Positions 9,043-18,607 of a stretch of DNA of 64,000 bases are shown piece after piece. Within the stretch, counting starts at the first letter, position 1, and the number at the start of each line of letters is the position of its first letter. This DNA comes from Candidatus Latescibacterota bacterium. GTDB taxonomy: Bacteria; Latescibacterota; UBA2968; GCA-2709665. The position numbers were made by a program, and so were the translations under genes. Where the stretch lies: positions 1 through 64,000 of the forward strand of contig OZ250150.1 of the NCBI GenBank assembly GCA_965237675.1, read 5' to 3'. The notes under the pieces are model-generated. The model did no database searches. It was given only the letters and a program-made list of their open reading frames with translations, and had not been told where the DNA came from.

Positions 9043-10233
9043 ATGAAAATCCTCGTCGCCAACGTCGGCAGCACGTCCTTTAAGTACAAACTCTTCGATA
9101 TGACCGACGAGACGGTGCTCGCCGAGGGCCGCCTCGAACGTATCGGCGGCACACAGTGTCCGGTTGAACATCGCGTCGGTCGATCGGAAACCCGAACCAC
9201 CTGCGCGCTGCCCGATTACCCCTCCGCCATTCAGAACGTGATGGATGCCCTCGACGCGGCGGGTGGACTCCGGGGGGCCTCCGACCTGGATGCCGTGGGG
9301 TTCAAGACCGTCCACCTGCGTGGAAAACCCGGGACCTACGCACTGGACGCCGGGATTCTCGAACGCATGGCCGACTACACCGAACTCGCGCCGGCCCACA
9401 ACCCGCCGTACATCCAGGCCATTCGGATCTTCCAAGCATTGTACCCCGGTCTCCCGCTGGTCGGACTGTTCGAACCGGCCTTCCACACCACCATACCCGA
9501 CTATGCGTACACCTACAGCGTACCCTATGCCTGGTACGAAACCTACGGCGTCCGCAAATACGGCTTCCATGGCGCTTCCCACCGATACATCTCCGAGAGG
9601 GCGCCCAGGCTCCTCGGCCGGGCGGCCGAAGAACTGAACCTGATCTCCTGCCACCTGGGCGGAAGCGCATCTCTCTGCGCCATCAAGAACGGCCGGTCGA
9701 TCGACACCACGATGGGATTTTCCGCCCAGGACGGCATTATCCACGGCAGCCGGAACGGCGCAATTGACCCATTCATCATTCCCTTTGTGATGGACCGCGA
9801 AAAACTCTCAACGGACGAGATTCGACGCATTCTCACCACGGAAAGCGGTCTGCTCGGCATCTCCGGCGTCAGCGGCGACGTACGGGACCTGGAGGCCGCC
9901 GCCGCCGCCGGCAATCGACGGGCAAAACTGGCCGTTGAGACCTTCTGTTACGGCGTGAAGACGGCAATTGGTGCGATGGCCGCGGCGCTGGGCGGGATCG
10001 ACGCGCTTGCCTTTGCCGGAGGCATCGGCGAACGTGGCGTCCAGGTCCGGCGGCGCATCTGCCGCGGTCTGGAGTTTCTCGGTATTCAACTGGACCCGGA
10101 AAAAAATTGCTCAGGCCCGCCGGAACGGCTGATCTCCGCGTCCGAAAGCGATGTCAAAACCCTGATCGTGACCACCAACGAAGAAATCATCGTCGCCCGG
10201 GAAACCGCGGCTTTCCTCGGAAATCTGTCGTAG
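9043..10233 (+). CDS. ackA: Acetate/propionate kinase
   Basis: MKILVANVGSTSFKY, LAPAHNP, RKYGFHGASH, CHLGGSAS, FAGGIGE, TNEE. Start ATG 9043. Confidence 0.92.
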   Translation: MKILVANVGSTSFKYKLFDMTDETVLAEGRLERIGGTQCPVEHRVGRSETRTTCALPDYPSAIQNVMDALDAAGGLRGASDLDAVGFKTVHLRGKPGTYALDAGILERMADYTELAPAHNPPYIQAIRIFQALYPGLPLVGLFEPAFHTTIPDYAYTYSVPYAWYETYGVRKYGFHGASHRYISERAPRLLGRAAEELNLISCHLGGSASLCAIKNGRSIDTTMGFSAQDGIIHGSRNGAIDPFIIPFVMDREKLSTDEIRRILTTESGLLGISGVSGDVRDLEAAAAAGNRRAKLAVETFCYGVKTAIGAMAAALGGIDALAFAGGIGERGVQVRRRICRGLEFLGIQLDPEKNCSGPPERLISASESDVKTLIVTTNEEIIVARETAAFLGNLS

Positions 10234-10252
10234 CGCACAGATCCTCAAACCC

Positions 10253-11677
10253 ATGATATCCCTCTTCAGCGCGTTACTTCTTCTGATCTCCGAACCCCTT
10301 CCCGCCTTCGACCGGGAGCTCTGGACCGCCTTTCCCAACATGAACTCGGTTACGGCGCTGGCCGAAGGCAGCCAGTATATCTACGTGGCCACCCAGGGCG
10401 GTATCCGGCGTTACGATATCTACGGAGAACGCTGGCACAGTCCGATCACCGTCCTGGACGGCCTTCCCGACAACCGTATTCGCGCCCTGGCCTACGATGC
10501 GAATTCCGGCGAACTCTGGTTGGACACGCCGGCCGGCGCGGCGCGATGGCTCACCCGGCTCGAAACCGTCTCTTTTTTCGGCGACGATCCGCCTCCGCGT
10601 CGCCCGCCAGCGCCAATTCCGCCCGTCTATTTGCCTTTTGGCCACTTCCTGCAGGACGGCTGGATCCGGGGTCCACGAAGAAATTATCCAATCACCGACA
10701 CACTGATGGACACGTGGCATACCCTGTGGATCGGCACCGGCGGGCTTGGCGTCGGTAAGGCGAATATGACAGACCGGCAACTCGAATTCCACGCATTCGG
10801 CCCGCTCGACGAGAATACCACCGCCATGGCCAGGGACGGAGATAGCATCTGGTTTGGGGGCAGAGGTGTCTACGGCCTGCGCGAACAGGGCATCACGCGG
10901 TACCATCTATCAAACCAGACCTGGGAATACTTCGAACCGGAGGACATCATGGGTTTGGACGATGCCCGAATCTCCGCCATTCTGCCGGACAGCACGGGGG
11001 TCTGGTTCGGCGCGTGGAACGGCCTTGTCCGATATGTCCGTCAATCCGATAACTGGATGACCTATCGCATGCCCCGCCGACGTCAGGTCACCGCCCTGGC
11101 TGTGGCGGATACGCGGCTCTGGATTGGCACAGCGGCGGGGCTGGCCGTGTTCGATACGCTGGCCGACACCATTCGCTGGGTCGACGGCAGCGAAGGATAT
11201 TCCATTCAAGCCATGGCCGCGGGCAACGGCCATATCTGGGCGGGCACCCATCTGGGCCTCTTTCGCTGTCCCATCAACGACGTGACCTGGACGCCCGTCC
11301 GAAGCCCCGGCGGACTCACGTCACGTCCCATCAACGGGCTGGCCACGTGTAACAATGATGTGTGGGCGACCGTTGAATCGCCTTCGACACTCATCCATCT
11401 GGCCGCACCCGACACGGTATGGCAACGATTCGCGCTTGCGGAGGTCCAGGGCAACCGGCACGTTGCGATCGCGGCCGATACCAGCCAGGTCTGGCTGGGT
11501 ACCGACCTGGGCGCATTTCGCTTCGACATTTCCACCGGACTCTGGAAGCGCTACACGCGCGCCAACGGTCTGATCGACGACCGCACGCAGGCCGTGCTCC
11601 TCCTGGACGACTACGTCTGGTTTGGCACGGAAAAAGGTGTGAGCCGGTACTATTGGTCACAGGACTTTTTTAGATAA
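10253..11677 (+). CDS. Secreted beta-propeller protein (two-component regulator propeller-like repeats)
   Basis: Hydrophobic N-terminus; repeated DGLPDN..ALA, LWIGT..GL and VWFGT..G units. Confidence 0.7.
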   Translation: MISLFSALLLLISEPLPAFDRELWTAFPNMNSVTALAEGSQYIYVATQGGIRRYDIYGERWHSPITVLDGLPDNRIRALAYDANSGELWLDTPAGAARWLTRLETVSFFGDDPPPRRPPAPIPPVYLPFGHFLQDGWIRGPRRNYPITDTLMDTWHTLWIGTGGLGVGKANMTDRQLEFHAFGPLDENTTAMARDGDSIWFGGRGVYGLREQGITRYHLSNQTWEYFEPEDIMGLDDARISAILPDSTGVWFGAWNGLVRYVRQSDNWMTYRMPRRRQVTALAVADTRLWIGTAAGLAVFDTLADTIRWVDGSEGYSIQAMAAGNGHIWAGTHLGLFRCPINDVTWTPVRSPGGLTSRPINGLATCNNDVWATVESPSTLIHLAAPDTVWQRFALAEVQGNRHVAIAADTSQVWLGTDLGAFRFDISTGLWKRYTRANGLIDDRTQAVLLLDDYVWFGTEKGVSRYYWSQDFFR

Positions 11678-11935
11678 CCAATTGTTTTTTTAAAGTGAAT
11701 ATCAAAGATGCTTCGCCGTGGATCAAAAAAAACGTGACACGAGCGGACATTTTCGTTATCTTTGTTTTCAGTATATATTACAACCATGGCGCTTGCCCGT
11801 TCCTATGCCGAATGGTCCTGATGAACTTTCCCATACTTCATCTGCTAAGCTGAACGAAAGCGGCCACTCCGAGCGCATCCGTGCGACCGGAATGACCGCT
11901 TTATTGTTTGCACATTTCCTGCTCCGGGTCCCCCG

Positions 11936-12385
11936 ATGGCAAAAAACGCGTTAGGTCTTATCGAAACTCGCGGGTTCACAGGCGTCGTTGAAGCGGCCGA
12001 CGCGGCCGTGAAAGCCGCCGCCGTCGAACTCGCGGCTGTCGAAAAAATAGAGGGAGGCCTGGTTTCCATTCGAATCCTGGGCGACGTCGGCGCGGTTCAG
12101 GCCGCTGTACAGGCGGCCGCTCAGGCCGCAGAGAAGGTCGGCCAGCTGGTATCGCAGCACGTCATTCCAAACCCTCACGACGATCTGGTTGAAGCGTTTG
12201 ACTTGGACGGGTCGAATCCCCCGCCCTCCGAGAATCAGGATCTCAGCGACCTCTCGGTTGTACAGCTCCGACGCATGGCCAGGCAGACGCCCGGCCTGTC
12301 TATCAGGGGGCGTGGGATTTCCCGCGCCACCCGGCAACAATTAATCCGGACGCTCCTTGGCGCGGATGCCAACGTCGACGAGTAA
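11936..12385 (+). CDS. BMC-H shell protein with C-terminal basic helical extension
   Basis: ALGLIETRG, DAAVKAAAV, GDVGAVQAAV, HVIPNPH, then a linker and LSDLSVVQLRRMARQ...ISRATRQQLI. Confidence 0.9.
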   Translation: MAKNALGLIETRGFTGVVEAADAAVKAAAVELAAVEKIEGGLVSIRILGDVGAVQAAVQAAAQAAEKVGQLVSQHVIPNPHDDLVEAFDLDGSNPPPSENQDLSDLSVVQLRRMARQTPGLSIRGRGISRATRQQLIRTLLGADANVDE

Positions 12386-12402
12386 CGTCGAAGGAGATCG
12401 GG

Positions 12403-12741
12403 ATGGATACGCTTTGGGAACGCATTAAAAAAGGGATTCTCGACAGCGCAGCAACAGCGGCCCACAAGGCAGAGCACCTCGGAAAAATCGGTCGTGCCAG
12501 GCTCGATATCGCGGGTGCCCGCCATGCCATACGCGAAGCATTTACCGAGTTGGGTGGCGCGGTCTACGCACACCTGGCCGAAGGCAACGAGGGTGACGTC
12601 GCTCAAACAGACGACGTGCAGGATCTGGTGCGGAGAATCAACGAACTGGAGAATTTGCTACAGGAGCGGGAAACCCTCCTGAAAAATCTGAAAGCCGGCA
12701 ACAACCAGGAAGAGGTGAAGGCCGCAGAGGCGGAAACTTGA
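12403..12741 (+). CDS. Hypothetical helical/coiled-coil protein
   Basis: SD AAGGAG; 112 aa amphipathic helices (LWERIKKG, ELGGAVY, RINELENLL). Confidence 0.65.
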   Translation: MDTLWERIKKGILDSAATAAHKAEHLGKIGRARLDIAGARHAIREAFTELGGAVYAHLAEGNEGDVAQTDDVQDLVRRINELENLLQERETLLKNLKAGNNQEEVKAAEAET

Positions 12742-12760
12742 CGTCCACGGTCTTATCGGC

Positions 12761-14143
12761 ATGACACTCCAACCGGCTCGGGTTCGCCATGCAGTCTTCT
12801 GCGCACTCCTTGTTCTGTTGAGCGTCCGGACAGCCTGGGCGGCCGATCCCGGTCGATCTTTTGCCGATGTTGCCAGGCGGGTAAGGCCTGCTGTTGTCAG
12901 CATCTCCGCCATCAGTGCTTACAGCAGTGAGATCTCCAGGGCCGGGCGCCGCCGGGGCCTGACGGCGTTGCGTTACGGATCGGGCTTTGTTGTGGACGCC
13001 ACCGGGCATATCCTGACCAGCAACCACGTCATAGACGGCACCATATGCATTCAGGTCGGTTTCTCCGATGGCACGGAGTACGCCGCCGAAATTGTCGGAC
13101 AGGATCCCGACACCGACCTCGCACTTATACGGTTGCTTTCCACAACCCCGATCGATCGTTCGCGTATTGCCCGGCTGGACGTCTCCGATTCCGTACAGGT
13201 CGGCGACTGGGTGATGGCCGTCGGCAGTCCTTTTGGCTTTCATCATACCGTCAGCGTCGGTGTGATCAGCGCCAAGGGGCGGCATCTGGAACGATTCCAG
13301 GGCGACAATCCGGCGGCGCCTTTCCAGGATTTTTTGCAAACGGACGCGTCCATCAATCCCGGCAACAGCGGCGGGCCTCTGGTGAATAGCGCCGGCCGGG
13401 TTGTGGGCGTAAACACGGCTTACAATCCCCTGGGATCCGGCATCGGGTTCGCCATTCCGATCGACGTCGCCGAAAGGGTCGCGTCGCAACTGCGCAAACA
13501 CGGCGAGGTCGTCCGCGGATACCTGGGTATCCATCCTCAGGATCTCACGCCCGATCTTGCCGATGCGCTGGACCTGGACTCGACTTCGGGCATACTGATC
13601 GGGGAAGTTCAGGCAGACGGCCCGGCGGGGCGGGCCGGCCTCAAGAGAGGCGACATCATCAGGACGCTCGACGCCGAGGACGTCGTCGATGCCGAAGATT
13701 TTCTGAACAGGATTACAGCACGCCGTCCAGGGGAATCGGTTGCGTTTTTCGTCCTTCGTACCGGGAAACCATTACGGATCTCTTGCACCCTCGGCCGGCG
13801 GAAGAAGCAACCTCGTCCTCCGTACGGATTTCGGTCCAACAGTACAAATTGGCCCGGGCTTGAGGTCAAGAATCGCTCAGATTGGGAAAGCGGGCGCCTG
13901 CAGGCATCCAGAACCGGGCCGGGCGTTGTGGTCCATTACGTTGCGCCCGGAAGTCCGGCGAAAAAAAAGGAAATCGAACGCGGCGATGCGATCCTTGAAA
14001 TCGACGGTGTTGCCATCTCAAGCGTCCGAGACTATCATAAGATGGTTGAAAAGATCAGGGGGGCCGTCAAGCCCGGCCTCTTCCTGATCCTGAAAAAAAA
14101 CGATGGCAACACGCGATTCGTTGCCCTCCGACCGGGACATTGA
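12761..14143 (+). CDS. Do/DegP (HtrA) serine endoprotease with two PDZ domains
   Basis: GSGFVV, TSNHVI, TDLALI, QTDASINPGNSGGPL, signal peptide, two PDZ-like regions. Confidence 0.93.
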   Translation: MTLQPARVRHAVFCALLVLLSVRTAWAADPGRSFADVARRVRPAVVSISAISAYSSEISRAGRRRGLTALRYGSGFVVDATGHILTSNHVIDGTICIQVGFSDGTEYAAEIVGQDPDTDLALIRLLSTTPIDRSRIARLDVSDSVQVGDWVMAVGSPFGFHHTVSVGVISAKGRHLERFQGDNPAAPFQDFLQTDASINPGNSGGPLVNSAGRVVGVNTAYNPLGSGIGFAIPIDVAERVASQLRKHGEVVRGYLGIHPQDLTPDLADALDLDSTSGILIGEVQADGPAGRAGLKRGDIIRTLDAEDVVDAEDFLNRITARRPGESVAFFVLRTGKPLRISCTLGRRKKQPRPPYGFRSNSTNWPGLEVKNRSDWESGRLQASRTGPGVVVHYVAPGSPAKKKEIERGDAILEIDGVAISSVRDYHKMVEKIRGAVKPGLFLILKKNDGNTRFVALRPGH

Positions 14144-14374
14144 TTCCTCTTCAGTCATCTGCTGAAGCCCATCCGCTCATCTGAAAGGAGGCCCATCTTA
14201 TGTAGTGCAATTCCGTCTTCGGTATCCAGACATTACAGCAGGGTTAACTGTGACAGACTTAATCCCCTTCGAGAAAATCAGGTGCTTCCCCCGAACTGAT
14301 TTCTCGGCTCACAGTCCGGCTCCGAACTTCCGGCCAACTGAACCGACCTCCCCGGTGCAAAGAAAGGCTGACGA

Positions 14375-15232
14375 GTGTCTAAGCTAGCCAAAAGGCCCTA
14401 TGCGCGCGAAGATGAATCCTTAGATCAGTACCTTCAAGAGATTGGCGAAGTCGATCTTCTCACGGCGGACGAAGAAGTCGCCCTCGCCAAGAGAATCAAG
14501 AAGGGCGACCAGAATGCCCTCGAAAAATTGACCAAAGCCAATCTGAGATTTGTTGTCAGCGTGGCCAAACAATACCAGAACCAGGGTCTTTCAATGGGAG
14601 ACCTGATCAACGAGGGAAATCTGGGCCTGATAAAAGCAGCCAAACGCTTTGACGAAACAAAGGGCTTCAAATTCATCTCCTATGCCGTCTGGTGGATCCG
14701 GCAGGCCATCCTTCAGGCGCTTGCCGAGCAGTCCAGAATTGTACGGCTGCCCCTCAACAGGGTGGGCGCCCTGCACAAGATCGGCAAAGCATCCAGCGGG
14801 CTGGAACAGGAATACGGACGAGAGCCCAGCCCCAGCGAAATTGCCGATGAACTTGAAATGAGCGACTACGAGGTAATGGATACGCTCAAGATCGCCAGCC
14901 GGCACCTTTCGCTCGACGCCCCGTTCAGCGAAAGCGAAGACAACAGTCTGCTGGATATTCTCGAAGATCAGTTACAACCGCCGCCCGATGAATCGCTCAT
15001 TGACGATTCGCTTCACCGTGAAGTCGAAAAAGCGCTGGCGACTCTCACTCCCCGCGAAGCCGAAGTGATCAGTCTTTACTTTGGCATCAACCGGGAGCAC
15101 CCACTCACTCTGGAAGAAATCGGCGAACGATTCGGATTGACCCGCGAGCGGGTACGCCAGATTAAGGAAAAAGCGATTAACAGGCTGCGGCACAACACCA
15201 GAAGCCGCCCCCTCAGAGCATATCTTCACTGA
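14375..15232 (+). CDS. rpoD: RNA polymerase sigma factor RpoD/SigA family (short form without region 1.1)
   Basis: [66 protein letters not shown]; GTG start. Confidence 0.93.
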   Translation: MSKLAKRPYAREDESLDQYLQEIGEVDLLTADEEVALAKRIKKGDQNALEKLTKANLRFVVSVAKQYQNQGLSMGDLINEGNLGLIKAAKRFDETKGFKFISYAVWWIRQAILQALAEQSRIVRLPLNRVGALHKIGKASSGLEQEYGREPSPSEIADELEMSDYEVMDTLKIASRHLSLDAPFSESEDNSLLDILEDQLQPPPDESLIDDSLHREVEKALATLTPREAEVISLYFGINREHPLTLEEIGERFGLTRERVRQIKEKAINRLRHNTRSRPLRAYLH

Positions 15233-15249
15233 AAATGCCATCCCGACAG

Positions 15250-15289
15250 AGCCACAGCCGGCGTTACCTCAAGGCTGTGGCCTTTTTTT
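15250..15289 (+). terminator. Rho-independent terminator after rpoD
   Basis: GCCACAGCC / GGCTGTGGC stem followed by a T run. Confidence 0.8.
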
Positions 15290-15324
15290 GGTCCGGTGGC
15301 TCTGGCAGTCCCGCCCGCCGGCGC

Positions 15325-15353
15325 TTGACGGACCCGCGTAAAACATATAAATT
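15325..15353 (+). promoter_or_regulatory. Putative sigma70 promoter of small-protein/DUF2723 cassette 1
   Basis: TTGACG-N17-TAAATT; the -35 and the spacing are conserved in cassette 2. Confidence 0.6.
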
Positions 15354-15416
15354 CAGAGATCTTGAAATCCTCCGCAAACCGTTCAACACCCTCTTTCACG
15401 GAAAGGACCAAGACCC

Positions 15417-15668
15417 ATGTCGAACAGCAAATCGATAAAGTCGCTGCTGGTTGTTGTCGCGTTCCTGCTGCTTGCCAACCTTGTCCGGCCGCTCTGGTCT
15501 CCGGGCACGGCCCACGCCCAGGACGAGGACACAGCCCCCGGTGTTGCCATCACCGGCGCGGGAGCAAGCGCCTGGATTCTGAGGGACAACAACGTCTACT
15601 ACGTAATCTACGAAAAGCAGTACGAATCCATCCGCATCTACGGTCCCGAAGAACTGCCGGAAGAGTGA
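15417..15668 (+). CDS. Small exported protein, 83 aa, copy 1
   Basis: SD GAAAGGA; hydrophobic leader ending in AHA|Q; paralog at 18608 with 71/83 identical residues by manual count. Confidence 0.85.
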   Translation: MSNSKSIKSLLVVVAFLLLANLVRPLWSPGTAHAQDEDTAPGVAITGAGASAWILRDNNVYYVIYEKQYESIRIYGPEELPEE

Positions 15669-15755
15669 TCGCCGCCATCGATCGTCATTGGTATCTCCAA
15701 AGAGCCGGTACAATCGTGCCCGGATCTCCACCGATCCACGTCCCCTGAGGCATTC

Positions 15756-18209
15756 ATGATGACATTCCGGGAACAGAACCGGCTCATCGGCACCCTTGTC
15801 TTTCTGATCACGTGTTTCATCTACATCCGAACCGTCGCGCCCACGGTCACCTTCTGGGACACCGGTGAATTTATCGCGGCCTCCTACATCCTGGGAGTTC
15901 CGCATCCTCCCGGCGCGCCGTTTCATACCCTCCTGGGCCGAATTTTCACCCTGTTGGCGAATCCGGAAAACGTCGCCTTCAGTGTGAATCTGATTTCGGT
16001 ATTTGCTGGCGCCACGACCGCCCTCCTCCTCTACCTCTGCAGCGTTCGTCTGCTCACGCGGTGGCTCAAACCCGACCATATATCCGACCGCATCGCCATC
16101 CTGACCGGCGGCGCGGTCGCCGCTCTTTCTACGGCTTTCTCCACCTCCTTCTGGGCAAATGCCACCGAGGCCGAAGTCTACGCGCTTTCCATGCTGTTCA
16201 CGGTCCTGGCATTCTACCTGGCCCTGCGCTGGGACGGTGCACCGGAGGACCGGTATCGAGACCGCCTGCTCATTTTCATTGTCTACCTTTTCTTTCTCGG
16301 CGCCGGCGTGCATCTGCAGTGCCTCCTGACCGTGCCCGGAATCCTCATTCTGGTCTTCTCCGACCTGCTCAAAGGTCGTTCCCCCTCGGTCCAGGCGGCC
16401 GTGGTCATCGGGCTTACGCTTGTTCCCTTTCTATGCATTCTTTTACATGCAGGTTTCACCGTTGTCCTGGTTCTGGCCGTACTCGCGGGCCTTTTGCTCC
16501 TGCGTCCGGCCTGGCGCCATCCGGCGTTCTGGCTGTGCGCCGTGGGGATGATCGTCCTCGGATATTCCACCTACGTTATGCTTTTCATCCGCTCGGGCCT
16601 GAATCCCCTTGTGGATATGAACAATCCCGAGACCCTCGAGAACTTCAAAGCCTTTCTGACCCGCCAACAATACGGCGTCCACAGTATCTTTCCCCGAAGG
16701 GGAGAGTTCTGGACCTATCAACTCAACATCCATATCAAATATTTCCTTCAGCAATTCCCGTCTTACGATCAGGGGCTTTTCGGCCGCTTCTTCGCAGAAA
16801 CACTGCCGTCGTTCATGGAACGCTCCACCATCCGCGACATGCTGGCGGGGACATTCCGGCGGGCCGTGGCCACGATGGGCGATAACCGGGAAACCTTCGC
16901 CTATTCGGTAGTGCCCATTCTCCTGGGTATCGGCGGAGCGGTCAGCCACTTCCGGAGAGACTGGAAGCGCTTTGCCAGCGTCTTCGCCATGTTCCTGCTC
17001 ATGGGACTGGGACTGGTTCTATACCTGAACATGCCGGACCCCGAACCCCGCGAACGGGAGTACATCTTCCTCGGCGCATATACGTTCTTCGGCCTCTGGA
17101 TCGGCAACGGTGCGGCTGCCCTCATCAGCGCCGTTGCCCGCGGTCGTTCCGCGGTTCCCGCGGCCACTCTCGTCGCGGCCCTGTCCCTGTGCGTGCCGTT
17201 AGGTCTCCTGCAACACAACTACCACGAGCGAGACCGCAGCGGAGACCTGATCGCGCACGACTACGCCTGGAACATTCTAAGTTCCTGCGAGCCGGACGCC
17301 ATCCTGTTCACCAACGGAGACAATGACACCTATCCGCTTTGGTTTCTCCAATATGTCGAGGGCTTCCGGAGAGATGTCCGGGTGGTCAACCTGAGCCTGC
17401 TCAAGACCCCATGGTACGTCAAACAACTGCGCGACCTGGATCCCAGACTCCCCATTCCGATGACGGATGCACGAATTGACGCCGATGTTGTGGCCCGACG
17501 CTGGACGAACGATACCGACATTCCCCTTGCCGGCGGTAGCATTGTTGTCAAGGCCGAAGACATCCCCCTCACCGATATACCGGTAGGTGACCGGCGCGTG
17601 ACCATTCTGGAATCCCACACCTATATGGTCTGGTACCTCGTCCAACAAATCAACTGGCAGCGCCCCATTTATTTCGCGGTTACCGTGCCCGAACGCAACA
17701 TGGGCGGCCTTCGGTCCTACCTCTCAATGGAAGGCATGGTGTACCATCTCGTCAGGCAACGCGCCCCCGGTCAGTTCGACGCCGGATTGACCTCCCGTCA
17801 TCTCCTCGACAATTACCGTTATTCGGGAATCGCGGACAGTACCGTCTACAAGGACCCGGTGGCGCAGCGCCTAATAAGCAATTACCTGGTCATCTTCGAA
17901 GGCCTGGTGCGTGCGCATCACCTCAAAGACCGTCCATCCGAAGCCCTTCGAATCATCCGGGTTGCGGAGAAGACCATACCGCCCGAATCCGTTGGAAAGG
18001 AGGTGTGGTACTCCCTGATGTCCGACAGCTACCGGCAGCTTGCGGTCAGCTTTCTGCGGGCCGGAAAAAAGGACAGTGCCAGCCTCTGCCTCGAGGAACT
18101 GATTCGAATCAATCCCTACGAGGAAGAACGAAAGCAACTTCGTGAGCATCTTAAGGACCTTCAGACCCCTTCAGAAACGGAAACGGGGGCCGAAACGAAG
18201 GGTAATTAG
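15756..18209 (+). CDS. DUF2723 / TMEM260-like GT-C glycosyltransferase, copy 1
   Basis: YIRTVAPTVTFWDTGEFI, LGVPHPPGAP, FWANATEAEVY, FLTRQQYG, PREREY, FTNGDNDTYPLW, VVNLSLL. Confidence 0.9.
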   Translation: MMTFREQNRLIGTLVFLITCFIYIRTVAPTVTFWDTGEFIAASYILGVPHPPGAPFHTLLGRIFTLLANPENVAFSVNLISVFAGATTALLLYLCSVRLLTRWLKPDHISDRIAILTGGAVAALSTAFSTSFWANATEAEVYALSMLFTVLAFYLALRWDGAPEDRYRDRLLIFIVYLFFLGAGVHLQCLLTVPGILILVFSDLLKGRSPSVQAAVVIGLTLVPFLCILLHAGFTVVLVLAVLAGLLLLRPAWRHPAFWLCAVGMIVLGYSTYVMLFIRSGLNPLVDMNNPETLENFKAFLTRQQYGVHSIFPRRGEFWTYQLNIHIKYFLQQFPSYDQGLFGRFFAETLPSFMERSTIRDMLAGTFRRAVATMGDNRETFAYSVVPILLGIGGAVSHFRRDWKRFASVFAMFLLMGLGLVLYLNMPDPEPREREYIFLGAYTFFGLWIGNGAAALISAVARGRSAVPAATLVAALSLCVPLGLLQHNYHERDRSGDLIAHDYAWNILSSCEPDAILFTNGDNDTYPLWFLQYVEGFRRDVRVVNLSLLKTPWYVKQLRDLDPRLPIPMTDARIDADVVARRWTNDTDIPLAGGSIVVKAEDIPLTDIPVGDRRVTILESHTYMVWYLVQQINWQRPIYFAVTVPERNMGGLRSYLSMEGMVYHLVRQRAPGQFDAGLTSRHLLDNYRYSGIADSTVYKDPVAQRLISNYLVIFEGLVRAHHLKDRPSEALRIIRVAEKTIPPESVGKEVWYSLMSDSYRQLAVSFLRAGKKDSASLCLEELIRINPYEEERKQLREHLKDLQTPSETETGAETKGN

Positions 18210-18231
18210 GCGAATACGCGTAGCATAAAAA

Positions 18232-18268
18232 ACGACGGGCCGCCAGAGAAGTCTGGCGGCCCTTTCGT
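18232..18268. terminator. Probable bidirectional terminator, cassette 1
   Basis: GGGCCGCCAGA-GAAG-TCTGGCGGCCC with an A run before and T-rich sequence after. Confidence 0.7.
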
Positions 18269-18313
18269 GTGTCAGCTCTCGATTCGATGTTGCCTAAAAC
18301 CCTGCGATCTGTC

Positions 18314-18406
18314 CTACCCCGGGTCGAATCGACGGGCGTACCGGCGCATAAACAGGTAGCCCGCGATAAACCCACCGATGTGTGCGTACCACGCCACGCC
18401 GCCGCC
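18314..18406 (-). pseudogene. 3' remnant of a rhomboid protease gene
   Basis: Translates GGVAWYAHIGGFIAGYLFMRRYARRFDPG*, compared with GGVAWFAHIGGFVAGYLVMRWHTGRFKRV* in the intact gene at 21496. Confidence 0.88.
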
Positions 18407-18429
18407 CGCTCAAGGCATATCTTCACTGA
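18400..18429 (+). pseudogene. 3' remnant of rpoD
   Basis: CGCCCGCTCAAGGCATATCTTCACTGA encodes RPLKAYLH*, compared with RPLRAYLH* at the rpoD end; it is followed by a copy of the rpoD terminator. Confidence 0.85.
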
Positions 18430-18446
18430 AGACGCCATACGTCCGT

Positions 18447-18487
18447 AGCCACAGCCGGCGCCACGCGCAGGCTGTGGCTTTTTTTTT
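18447..18487 (+). terminator. Duplicate of the rpoD terminator
   Basis: AGCCACAGCC / GGCTGTGGCT stem plus T run, homologous to 15250-15289. Confidence 0.8.
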
Positions 18488-18515
18488 CGGCTGACCCGGT
18501 CTCGCCCGGCGGCGC

Positions 18516-18544
18516 TTGACGGAACCACGCAAAAAATATACATT
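18516..18544 (+). promoter_or_regulatory. Putative sigma70 promoter of cassette 2
   Basis: TTGACG-N17-TACATT. Confidence 0.6.
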
Positions 18545-18607
18545 TGGAAACCCTGTGACGCTCTACAAACCGTTCAACAACCTCATTCACCGAAAGGATT
18601 CAGACCC

